Source: Planctomycetota bacterium (lineage in GTDB: Bacteria > Planctomycetota > UBA1135 > UBA2386). From it: a stretch of DNA of 64,000 nucleotides. Below the pieces are notes generated by a model. It had not been told where the DNA came from, made no database searches, and saw only the letters and a program-made list of their open reading frames with translations. The position numbers were made by a program, and so were the translations under genes. This document shows, piece by piece, positions 9,273 through 17,946 of the stretch. Each line of letters opens with the position of its first letter. The stretch's first letter is position 1. The stretch lies in assembly GCA_965228735.1 (NCBI GenBank), contig OZ245838.1, positions 1,024,001 through 1,088,000 of the forward strand, in the 5' to 3' direction.

Positions 9273-12200
9273 CGCTCCGCTCCCTCGGCCCGGGCCGCGC
9301 GCAGCTCGCCCGCGACCCATTCGTCCATCGCGGCCACGAGGGCGCGCTCCGGCCGGTCGCAGAACATGCCGTTGGCCGAGTCCGCGACCGCGCCCCGCAA
9401 GAACGCGTAGCACACCCCGCCGAAGTGGCGGTCGTAGTCGTAGTCGGGCAGCCGCGTCCCGAGCAGCCGGTGCAGCGCGAGCACGTAGAGGTGGTACTGC
9501 AGCACGTAGTCGTGCTCGTGCATGGCCGCGGCAAGGGCGTCGGTCCCGTAGTCCGTCACCGCATCGCCGAGGTGGTTGGACTTCCAGTCGACGATCCAGT
9601 AGCGCCCGTCGTGTTCTGCCAGCAGATCGACGAAGCCGACGAGGTGGCCGCGGAGCGCGCGCTCCGGCAACGCCGCGAGGCGCGGCGCGTAGGTCTGGGC
9701 GATCGTCCCGCCGTGCCGCTCGAACACGCCCGCGAGCACGTCCGTGCGACAGTCGATCGCGGGCAGCGTGAAGTCCCATTCGGCCGCGGCGGCACCGCCC
9801 GCGAGTTGCTGGATGGTCGGGCCATCGGTGCCGGCCCGGGCCGCGGCGAGGGCCAGGACGTTGGCCCGCACGACTGCGATCGAGTCGATCGGCCCGATGT
9901 GCGCGCCGGGGTCGAGCAACGCGTGCTGCCGCAGCTTGCGTTCCACGAGATCGCGATTGCCGGGCGATTCCGGCGTCTCCCAGTCGAGGTGCTCGAGGAT
10001 CTCGTGGAGACAGTTGCCGGCGGCTGCGCCGCGCGCGAACGCGAAGATGCCCGTCGGGGTCGCCTGGGCGCTCGCCGGGGGCTCGGCGCCTGCCCGGGCC
10101 GGATCCGTGGTGTCGCGGGCCGCGATCTCGGCCGGCGCATCGGCAACGATCGACGAGAAGCTGTGCAGGCCGCGGGCCCACGGGCGTCGGCGCGGGACGC
10201 GAGGCCGACCCCGACGTCGGCCCGCCGACCCCGCCGGCTCGGCGCGGTCGGGGACGGGTTCGGGTGCGGGGTCCGTCGCAACCTCGACGAGTGCCATCTG
10301 CTCGGGGTTGGCCTCGACGGCGTGCTCGATGAGGCTCCGGACCGCCGCCGGCTCCTTGTGACGATTGACCCAGTCCTCGTACCAGTGGCCCTTCTTCCCG
10401 CTCGCACGGCTGCGATCGGCCGCGGCGAGCGGGCCGAGCATCCAGCAGAGCGCGCTGCGCTTGCTGCCCGCACCCTGGTGACCGAGCGCCCCGAGGTGGA
10501 CGTAGCAGCGGCGCTTCGCCCGCGTCAGGGCGACGTAGACGAGTCGCGCGTCCTCCGCCAGCCGCTCGAGGTCCGCGGCGTAGTAGAGCGGATGGTCCTT
10601 CTTGAGCTCGAAGACGAGCTCCCGGCCGGTGTCCGTCGGCGCGATCGACTCGGTCGACGGCGTCCGGCCGTCCCAGAGGAACGGGCAGAACACGACCTCG
10701 TACTCGAGCCCCTTGCTGCCGTGCACCGTGAGGATCTGCACCGCGTCTTCGTCGCTCTCGAGCCGCAGCTCCCGCAGTTCGTAGTCGATCTGGTCCCGGT
10801 GCAGGCGTTCGTGTACCAGGAACTCGAGGAGACCCTCCGGCGACAGACGCCCTTCGTGCTCGGCACGGTGCAGCAACTCGGTGAGCTGTTGCACGTTCGT
10901 CAAACGACGTTCACCGCCGCGGATGGCGAGCATGCGATCGACGACGGCGCGATCCGCGAAGAGCTGCTCCATCATCACGACGAACCCGCGACGGACCCAG
11001 GTCAGGCGCCAGCGTTCGAACCGCAGCAGATGCTCGTCGATCCGGTTCCCCGCGGCGGAGTCACCGTCAGTCGTGGCGGCGCGCTCGTCGTTGAGGGCGT
11101 GCAGGGCCGCGGCATCGAGCCCATAGATCCGGGTTCCCATGGCGGCCCGCGCGCGCTGCAGGTTGCGCGGCTGCAGGATGGCCCGCATCAGCACTTCGAG
11201 CTCGCCGACCTCGTCCGTCTCGAGCACGTCGCCGGCCTTGCCGATGGCCGAGACGATGCCGATCGCGCGCAGCTCGTCCTGCACGCTCGTGGCCTGCGCG
11301 TTGGTGCGCGTGAGGATCGCGATGTCGCGCGGCGCGAGCGGCGCGCCGTCCTTGGTGACCCCGGCCCGGAACAACCGCGAGATCTCGGCGGCGACGTCCC
11401 GGGCGATGCGCGGTTCGGCGACGGACTTCGCGATCTCCTTGTCCGCGGCGAGATAGCGCCACACGAGGGGGGGCAGCTCGTCACCTTCGAGCCGCAGCGC
11501 ATCGGGTTCGGCGTTGGCCACGACCGCCGGCAGGTCGATCTGCGGCAGCACGAACGCGCCGGGTCGCTTGCACGTGGCCTGGACCGCGCGCACGAGGCCG
11601 TCGGCCGTGCGGAAGTTGGTACCGAGGGTGAAGCGCTGCTCGGCGTCGTTGCGCGCCGCCAGGTAGGCGTCGAGGTCGGCGCCACGGAAGCCGTAGATCG
11701 ACTGCTTGGGATCCCCGATGAGGAACAGCGGCCGCTCCGCGAAGCAATCCGCGAAGATCTCGTACTGCACGGGGTCCGTGTCCTGGAACTCGTCGATGAG
11801 GGCCACCCGGTAGCGCGAGCGCACCGCCTCGCGAACGGCGGGCCGGCGCTCGGGGTCCTGCAGCGCCGCATGGGTGCGCGCGAGCAGATCCTGGAACCCG
11901 AGCGTGTGTTCCTTGCGCTTGTGTGCCGCGATGCGCGCGTGCATGCGCCGCAGCAGCTCGGCGCGCAGGTGACGTTTCGATTCGTCGAACGCGGCGGCGA
12001 TCGCGTCGCAGGTCGCGAAGAACGGGTGATCCGTGCACTTCCTGGCCGACTTCTGGGCGACCTCGTCGAGCTTCTCCGGTGCGAGCTGCCGAAGCTCGGG
12101 CAGCACGAGCTCCGGCGCCGCCGCGATGCGCTCGACGAGGCGCTCCGGGCTGATGGGTCGGTTGCTCCTGTAGAGGCCCTCGCCCTTGCGCCAACGCATG

Positions 12201-12901
12201 CGCCCGATGCGGCTCGCGATCGCGTCGGCGTCCGCCCGCGCCTGTTCACCGGCGACGGCGAGCGCGCGGCCGAGTTCCTCGAGGTGCGTCGCCGCATCCG
12301 CGGGATCCGGTGCCAGCGCAACGTCGGGGTAACGCTGCCAGAGCGTGTACTGTCGCACGAGCTCCGTCGGTCCGAGTTTGGCGACCGCGAGCAGCGCACT
12401 TCGCGGGTCCGCCGCCGTCGTGTAGCAGGAGCGCAGGGCATCCGCCGCCGCGACGTGCAGCATCGGCACCGGATCGACCGCGAACTCGAGCGCGAACGGC
12501 TCGCGCGTCTCGAACGCCGCGTCGTCGAGCAGGCGCTTGCAGAAGCCGTGGATGGTGTGGATCGAGACGTTGTCGAACTCGTCCAGCGCGCGCACGAGCC
12601 GCGGTTCGGCCTCCGGCGATCGCGCGATGGCGGTGAAGAAGTCGTCCCCGTGACCGCCGCGCGCGATCGCGAGCGTCCGGTGCAACCCGGCGCGCAATCG
12701 GTTCTTGAGCTCCGCGGTCGCGGCCACGGTGAACGTGACCACGAGGGCCTGGTCGAGGCTCTCGATCTGTTTCTCGAGCAGCATCCGCAGCAGCAGGCCC
12801 ACGACGCTGTAGGTCTTGCCGGTGCCGGCGCTCGCTTCGAGCATCACGGTGCCGGCGTCGAGCGGCGCGGTCAGCAGGTCGAACTCGCGCGCGACCGTCA
12901 T
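9269..12901 (-). CDS. recB: exodeoxyribonuclease V beta subunit
   Basis: LEASAGTGKTY, VVTFT, TIHGFC, LIDEFQDTD, IGDPKQSIYGFRGAD, TVHGSKGLEY, YVALTRA, nuclease GFVDLL...IVDWKSN, LQYHLY. Confidence 0.95.
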   Translation of the reverse strand: MTVAREFDLLTAPLDAGTVMLEASAGTGKTYSVVGLLLRMLLEKQIESLDQALVVTFTVAATAELKNRLRAGLHRTLAIARGGHGDDFFTAIARSPEAEPRLVRALDEFDNVSIHTIHGFCKRLLDDAAFETREPFALEFAVDPVPMLHVAAADALRSCYTTAADPRSALLAVAKLGPTELVRQYTLWQRYPDVALAPDPADAATHLEELGRALAVAGEQARADADAIASRIGRMRWRKGEGLYRSNRPISPERLVERIAAAPELVLPELRQLAPEKLDEVAQKSARKCTDHPFFATCDAIAAAFDESKRHLRAELLRRMHARIAAHKRKEHTLGFQDLLARTHAALQDPERRPAVREAVRSRYRVALIDEFQDTDPVQYEIFADCFAERPLFLIGDPKQSIYGFRGADLDAYLAARNDAEQRFTLGTNFRTADGLVRAVQATCKRPGAFVLPQIDLPAVVANAEPDALRLEGDELPPLVWRYLAADKEIAKSVAEPRIARDVAAEISRLFRAGVTKDGAPLAPRDIAILTRTNAQATSVQDELRAIGIVSAIGKAGDVLETDEVGELEVLMRAILQPRNLQRARAAMGTRIYGLDAAALHALNDERAATTDGDSAAGNRIDEHLLRFERWRLTWVRRGFVVMMEQLFADRAVVDRMLAIRGGERRLTNVQQLTELLHRAEHEGRLSPEGLLEFLVHERLHRDQIDYELRELRLESDEDAVQILTVHGSKGLEYEVVFCPFLWDGRTPSTESIAPTDTGRELVFELKKDHPLYYAADLERLAEDARLVYVALTRAKRRCYVHLGALGHQGAGSKRSALCWMLGPLAAADRSRASGKKGHWYEDWVNRHKEPAAVRSLIEHAVEANPEQMALVEVATDPAPEPVPDRAEPAGSAGRRRGRPRVPRRRPWARGLHSFSSIVADAPAEIAARDTTDPARAGAEPPASAQATPTGIFAFARGAAAGNCLHEILEHLDWETPESPGNRDLVERKLRQHALLDPGAHIGPIDSIAVVRANVLALAAARAGTDGPTIQQLAGGAAAAEWDFTLPAIDCRTDVLAGVFERHGGTIAQTYAPRLAALPERALRGHLVGFVDLLAEHDGRYWIVDWKSNHLGDAVTDYGTDALAAAMHEHDYVLQYHLYVLALHRLLGTRLPDYDYDRHFGGVCYAFLRGAVADSANGMFCDRPERALVAAMDEWVAGELRAARAEGAER

Positions 12902-15900
12902 TCGTCCCTCAGGTAGCTCAGCGCCGGTCGCCAGATGCGCGCGGACCATTCCGCGAACTCCGGCAACGCGAACGGATCGCGCCCGCGCATCGCGAGCGCA
13001 TGGTTCTCGTCCTCGGAATCGTGCAGCACCGGATTGCCGGGCCGTTGACTGGGGTGCCACTTCTGCGCCGCCTGCCGCAACGCTTCTTGCGGCTCCTTCT
13101 GCTTGTCGAGCTGCTCCGCGTACGCCATCGAGCTCTTCTCGATGAGCGGCAACGGCGCGACGATCCCGGCGCGGAACGCCGCGATGAGGCTCCGGAGCTG
13201 CTCGTCCGCCATCGCGGCCGGCAGCTCGAGGAACCGCTTGCTCTCCTGCCGGCCGATGAGCACGGTCTCGGCCGGCAGATCGGCGCCCTGATGGCGGGCG
13301 ACCGCCGCGGCGACGTGCAGGACCCAGCCGCGGAGGCGGTCCTTCGCGCCGAGATAGGCGACCCGGGCGTAGACCACGGCGTTCGTGCCGACCCCGGGCA
13401 ACTCGCCGCGCACGAGGGCATCGTCGGAGCGCGCCGTGATCGGACACGCGCGCAGCTCGCCGTGGGCGTCCAGCTCCTGGGCGAAGCGCGCGAACTCGGC
13501 TTCGATCCCGGCGAACAACGCGGCCCCGGTGCCACCGACCGGCAGCTGGCCGGACGCGCGGGTGAGGGCGAGATCCGGCGGCGGCAGGTCGCGTTGGCGG
13601 CGCTGCAGCGCTTCGTAGTGGATGCGCCAACGGCTCAGGCCGTCGACCTCGAACGGCTCGGTCGCGGTCGCCTCGTCACCGGATCGCGGCAGTCGCAGCT
13701 GCAGCGTGTTGCGCAGGAACCAGCGACACGGATGCCAGAAGAAGTCGACCAGGGTGGCCAGCGGAATCACGGCCCGATCGGCCGGCTCCGGCACGTTCAG
13801 CGGTTCGGCGCAGAACGGCTGCTCGGGCACGCCTGCTGCCGGGAGCGCGTCGGACCCGGCGAAGTCCGCAGCGGCGAGCCGATACGTGAACAGGCGATCG
13901 TCGTGGCCCGTGAGGTAGCGCGAGCTCCAGACCTGCAGCGGGTGGCGGACGTGGACGGCGCTCGCTGCCGAGTCGCGACCTTCGGGCGGAACGGCACAGC
14001 GGTCGATCACCTCGAGGAGTTCGGCGAGCACGACCGAGGGCGCGCACTCACTGTCGTCCTTCTGCGAGTGGCCGACGTGCGTGAGGTGCAGACGGTCGCG
14101 CGCCGCCATCAGGCAGTCGAGGAACATCTGGCGATCGTCGAGGCGGAGGCTGCGATCGCCGGGCCGGCGGTCGACCGCCGCGAGGTCGAACGGTGCCGGC
14201 CGGTCCACGCGCGGGAACGCCTGGTCGTCGAGGCCGCAGAGGAACAGCTGGCGCACCGGCACTGCGCGCATCGGCAACAGGGCGGCGATGGTGACCTTGC
14301 CCGACAGGAAGCCCTGGCTCGCGGCCGTCCGCCCGAGCGCGAACTCGAGCCAGTCCTGCAGCACGAGGTTGCTCACTGGCTCCTGGTGCGCGGCCGTGGC
14401 CGCGTGCGCCCGCAGTGCCGCCGCCGCCGCGTGCAGGTCGGCAACGCCCTGGTTCTCCGTGCCCGTCGACGGCAGGAACAGCGCGCCTGCGAGTTCGTCG
14501 ATCCGGTCGGCCCATTGCGCGAGCGGCAGCGGCCGTTGCAGTCCTCGCAGCAGCGCGAACAGCGTGTCGGCGAAGTGCGCGAGCCGCGCGACGAGGACCT
14601 CGCGCCCGGCCGTCGTGTCGGCCGCGGGCAGGTGGCCGAGAACGAGGTCGTCGGTCGGCCCGGTGGCCACGCCGAGCAGCATGCGTTCGAGCCCGTGGCG
14701 CCACGAGTTGTCCTCGAACGCGGGGACCTGGAACTGCTCCTCGCGCATCGCACCGTCGACGCCCCAGCGGATCCCGGCCCGGTCACACAAATGGCGCAGC
14801 GTCTGCAGGTCGTTCCCGAAGATGCCGAAGCGCCGCTGGACCGCCGGTTCTTCGAGCAGGTGCAGCACGTCGAACACGGCGAGGCGATCCTGGGCCAGCC
14901 GCAGGGTCTGGAACAGCGCCGCGCAAATCGGGGACTCGCTGCGGGGACTCTTGTCGGCCACGGTGAACGGCACGTGGTCGGCGACCGGGCCGAAGACCGC
15001 CTGGGCGAACGGCGCGTAGCGTTCGATGTCCGGCACGAGCACGAGCACGTCGTGCGGTTCGAGCGTTTCGTCCTCGGCGAAGGCCCGCAGGATCTGGTCG
15101 CGCACGACCTCCATCTCGCGTTGCTCGGAATGGCAGTCGTGCACGAGCAGCGAATGATCGCCGGCCGCGAGTTCGAACGGCGGCGCATCGCTCGAGCCCG
15201 CGCGACGATCCCGCAAGAACGTGATGTCCTGCTGGATGCACTCGAGCAGGGTGCGCGGTGCCCGAACGGTGGGTGCGTGCAGGTCCCGCCGTTCATCGAC
15301 TTCGATGTCCGCGAGCGCGCGCTGGAACTCGCGCGCTTCGGTGCCGAGGCTGGCCAGCAACGGGTTGCCGCCGAACCGCTGCGTCGTGCGGCGGTCCAGC
15401 CCTTCGAGCAGTCCGGGTGCTGGGCTCGGCACGTAGAACACCACCGGAATGTGCTGCGCGACGAGTTCGAACAGCTGCAACAACGCGGGCGGCAGCGTCG
15501 ACGTGCCGAAGATCGAGAGGCGCGGCGGGAGCGCGCGGCGGGCGCGTTCCGGGTCGTTGAGCAGCGCGCGCAGATGGGCGACGCGGTGCGCACCGGACGC
15601 GGTCGGATCGATGCTGTTGTCGCCGCCCGGCTCGGGCGCGCGCGGCGGGGCGAGCTCGGCGAAGAGATACCCGGTCTGGCGGTCGGTGGACGGACCGTCT
15701 CGTTCGGGGCCCGCATCGGCCGCAACCGGCGCATCCGCGTGCAGCGCGCGCCACAGCCGCGCCTGCCAGCGCCCGTGATCGCCGAGCTTCTGGAGGTCAT
15801 CGCCCTGGGCCATGCGATCGAGCAGGTCGGGCCGGTAGAGCTGATAGTCGTCGAAGCACGCCGCGAGCCGTTGGCTCAGCTGGAACCGCTTGCGGCCGTC

Positions 15901-16269
15901 GGGGTCGTCCGTGCAGTAGTGTGCCGCGGCGCCGAGATCGCGTCGCAGCGCGGGTTCGCCCAGCAGTCGGTGGATCCGGAACACCAGAGCTTCGAGTCCG
16001 AACCGCGCGGCCACGTCGGCCGTGGCCGATCCTGACCGCTCGCGGGCGAGTTGCTGCAGCCAGGCGCCAGCGAACGGCAGCTCCAGGCCGGCCGCGATGC
16101 CGTGCTGCTCGGCCAGGGCATACCGCAACCAGCGCGCCATCCCCTGGCCCGGAACGAGGATCGTCTCGTTCACCAGCGGCGGCAATGGGGCCGTCGCGAG
16201 GCGCTCGGCGAGCACGCGCAACAAGTCCTCGAGCCGTTGGCTCGTGTAGATCAGTACCCCCGTCGGCAC
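12898..16269 (-). CDS. recC: exodeoxyribonuclease V gamma subunit
   Basis: SQRLEDL, ETILVPGQGMARWL, FDDYQLYRPD, NPLLASLG, CHSEQREMEV, PMRAVP, GDRSLRLDDRQMFL. Confidence 0.93.
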   Translation of the reverse strand: MPTGVLIYTSQRLEDLLRVLAERLATAPLPPLVNETILVPGQGMARWLRYALAEQHGIAAGLELPFAGAWLQQLARERSGSATADVAARFGLEALVFRIHRLLGEPALRRDLGAAAHYCTDDPDGRKRFQLSQRLAACFDDYQLYRPDLLDRMAQGDDLQKLGDHGRWQARLWRALHADAPVAADAGPERDGPSTDRQTGYLFAELAPPRAPEPGGDNSIDPTASGAHRVAHLRALLNDPERARRALPPRLSIFGTSTLPPALLQLFELVAQHIPVVFYVPSPAPGLLEGLDRRTTQRFGGNPLLASLGTEAREFQRALADIEVDERRDLHAPTVRAPRTLLECIQQDITFLRDRRAGSSDAPPFELAAGDHSLLVHDCHSEQREMEVVRDQILRAFAEDETLEPHDVLVLVPDIERYAPFAQAVFGPVADHVPFTVADKSPRSESPICAALFQTLRLAQDRLAVFDVLHLLEEPAVQRRFGIFGNDLQTLRHLCDRAGIRWGVDGAMREEQFQVPAFEDNSWRHGLERMLLGVATGPTDDLVLGHLPAADTTAGREVLVARLAHFADTLFALLRGLQRPLPLAQWADRIDELAGALFLPSTGTENQGVADLHAAAAALRAHAATAAHQEPVSNLVLQDWLEFALGRTAASQGFLSGKVTIAALLPMRAVPVRQLFLCGLDDQAFPRVDRPAPFDLAAVDRRPGDRSLRLDDRQMFLDCLMAARDRLHLTHVGHSQKDDSECAPSVVLAELLEVIDRCAVPPEGRDSAASAVHVRHPLQVWSSRYLTGHDDRLFTYRLAAADFAGSDALPAAGVPEQPFCAEPLNVPEPADRAVIPLATLVDFFWHPCRWFLRNTLQLRLPRSGDEATATEPFEVDGLSRWRIHYEALQRRQRDLPPPDLALTRASGQLPVGGTGAALFAGIEAEFARFAQELDAHGELRACPITARSDDALVRGELPGVGTNAVVYARVAYLGAKDRLRGWVLHVAAAVARHQGADLPAETVLIGRQESKRFLELPAAMADEQLRSLIAAFRAGIVAPLPLIEKSSMAYAEQLDKQKEPQEALRQAAQKWHPSQRPGNPVLHDSEDENHALAMRGRDPFALPEFAEWSARIWRPALSYLRDE

Positions 16270-16276
16270 CCGGTCG

Positions 16277-16286
16277 AGGGTACGAT
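16277..16286. promoter_or_regulatory. putative bidirectional -10 element serving recC and the divergent gene
   Basis: AGGGTACGAT reads TACGAT on + (6 nt before GTG 16293) and TACCCT on - (7 nt before GTG 16269). Confidence 0.5.
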
Positions 16287-16292
16287 GCCATC

Positions 16293-17912
16293 GTGCGTCA
16301 CGCCACTCGCATCGCGGTCGTCGTCTGCGCCGGCCTCGCAGCCGTTCCGGCCCAGGGCTTCCCGAACGTGATGGAGGTCGGGCCGGGCTGCGGCGCAGCC
16401 CAACCCGGGCTCCGTGCGTCCGTGCCGGTTCTCCACACGAGTGTGGAATTCGAAGTCACGAGCAGTGCAGCAACTTGGGGCGTCTTGGCCGTAAGTTTTC
16501 CACCGTCTTCCCCAACGCATGTCGGCGCTGGATGCGTGGCGTACGTCGACCCGGCCACGGCGGTCGTGCTCGGCATCCTGCCGACCGGGCGAGCGCAGCG
16601 CCTCCTCGACCTGCCCGCGGATCCCGCGTGGCTCGGCGTCACGCTGCGGGTGCAGGCTCTCACGACGCCGTCGGCGGCCGCGATCGGCTTCGACCTGACG
16701 CCGGGTCTCGAGGTCATGATCGGTCAACGCGCGGGGCCGCTCGCGGGGTTGCCGTCGCCGGCCGGGGCCCACACGACGTTGGTGGCCGGGATGGCGCCGA
16801 ACAGTTGGCTCGATCTCGGCGTGCCACAGCCCGATCCGGTCCACGGCCTCGCCACGGGTCGGGAGTACACGCCGCGCATGGCGTGGTCGGAGGCGCTGCA
16901 GGGCGCGTTCCTCACGGGCGAGAGCGGGCACGGCTACGTCAACACGCAGACGGGTCGCTACGTCGACGACGTGTGGTTCTACGACTGGCGCGGCCACGCC
17001 TGGCGCTGCGTCAAGCCGGGCAGCGAGGTGGCGACGCTCGCGTTGCAGCTCGACGGCAATCAGTTCGAGATCGATGGCCAGGGCCAGCTCGTGCCCGTCG
17101 CGCAGCTCGGACACGGGTACGAGTTCGTCGCGTTCGATGACTGGACCGAGACGTTCTTCATGCAGCCGGCGCCCAACACGTACTGGGTCGCCTCGATGCC
17201 GCAGCGGCTCGGGTGGCTGCCGAACGGCAACGCCAGCTTTCCGGCGTCGCAGTATCGGTCGCCGTGGTTGTTCGAAGCGGTGACCGGTTCGTGGCGGCGC
17301 GAACCGGTGGGGGCGAACGCGCCGAACTTCAACGTGAGCGCGCGCGGCATGGCGGTGCAGGCGATCGACTCGCGATTCTGGGTCTTCGACACGGCGGCGG
17401 CGAATCGCTCGCGGATCTGGTGGTTCGATCCCGTGACCTACGCCTGGCACGACGAGCCGACGGCCAACCTGGCGCCGGCGATCGCCGGGCACGGCATCAC
17501 GTGCCACGATCCGGTGCATGGCCGCGTCTACTACTACGGCGTCGACGCGACGACGCAGACGGCGCGGCTGTGGTACTACGAGGTCGCGACCAGCCGTTGG
17601 CACCATGTGAACGTGCAGGGGACGCCGCCGCATTCCGTCGTCTACACCACGGCGGGGCGCGGGTTGCTGTACGACGCGGGCGACGACGCCGTGCTGCTGT
17701 GGATGAGCGGCGGCGCGAACGTGCCGGTCGTGCATCGCTTCGACGTCGGGGCGCAGGCGTGGGCGGCCCCGGTGTCACCGCCGGCCGCGATACGACCGTT
17801 GTTCGCCTGGCGGCACCTCAACGGGTTCTCGGTCCCGAGCGACGACGTGCACGTGTTCCACGCTGCCGGTGGCAATGCCGGGACCGGTCGAATGATCGGG
17901 TACCGGCACTGA
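16293..17912 (+). CDS. secreted protein: N-terminal two-Cys module plus Kelch-like beta-propeller
   Basis: Signal peptide ending VPAQ; GPGC...GAGCVAYVDP...LRVQAL...LTPGLEVMIG module; blade motifs DVWFYD...W, IWWFDPVTYAW, LWYYEVATSRW, HRFDVGAQAW. Confidence 0.65.
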   Translation: MRHATRIAVVVCAGLAAVPAQGFPNVMEVGPGCGAAQPGLRASVPVLHTSVEFEVTSSAATWGVLAVSFPPSSPTHVGAGCVAYVDPATAVVLGILPTGRAQRLLDLPADPAWLGVTLRVQALTTPSAAAIGFDLTPGLEVMIGQRAGPLAGLPSPAGAHTTLVAGMAPNSWLDLGVPQPDPVHGLATGREYTPRMAWSEALQGAFLTGESGHGYVNTQTGRYVDDVWFYDWRGHAWRCVKPGSEVATLALQLDGNQFEIDGQGQLVPVAQLGHGYEFVAFDDWTETFFMQPAPNTYWVASMPQRLGWLPNGNASFPASQYRSPWLFEAVTGSWRREPVGANAPNFNVSARGMAVQAIDSRFWVFDTAAANRSRIWWFDPVTYAWHDEPTANLAPAIAGHGITCHDPVHGRVYYYGVDATTQTARLWYYEVATSRWHHVNVQGTPPHSVVYTTAGRGLLYDAGDDAVLLWMSGGANVPVVHRFDVGAQAWAAPVSPPAAIRPLFAWRHLNGFSVPSDDVHVFHAAGGNAGTGRMIGYRH

Positions 17913-17946
17913 GCCCCGACCGAGTTCGAGATGACGGGCCGGCGGG

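Noticed and set aside
9425..16035. Very long + strand ORFs 9425-12916 and 13000-16035
   Set aside because: Antisense shadows of recB/recC produced by high-GC codon bias; no recognisable motifs.
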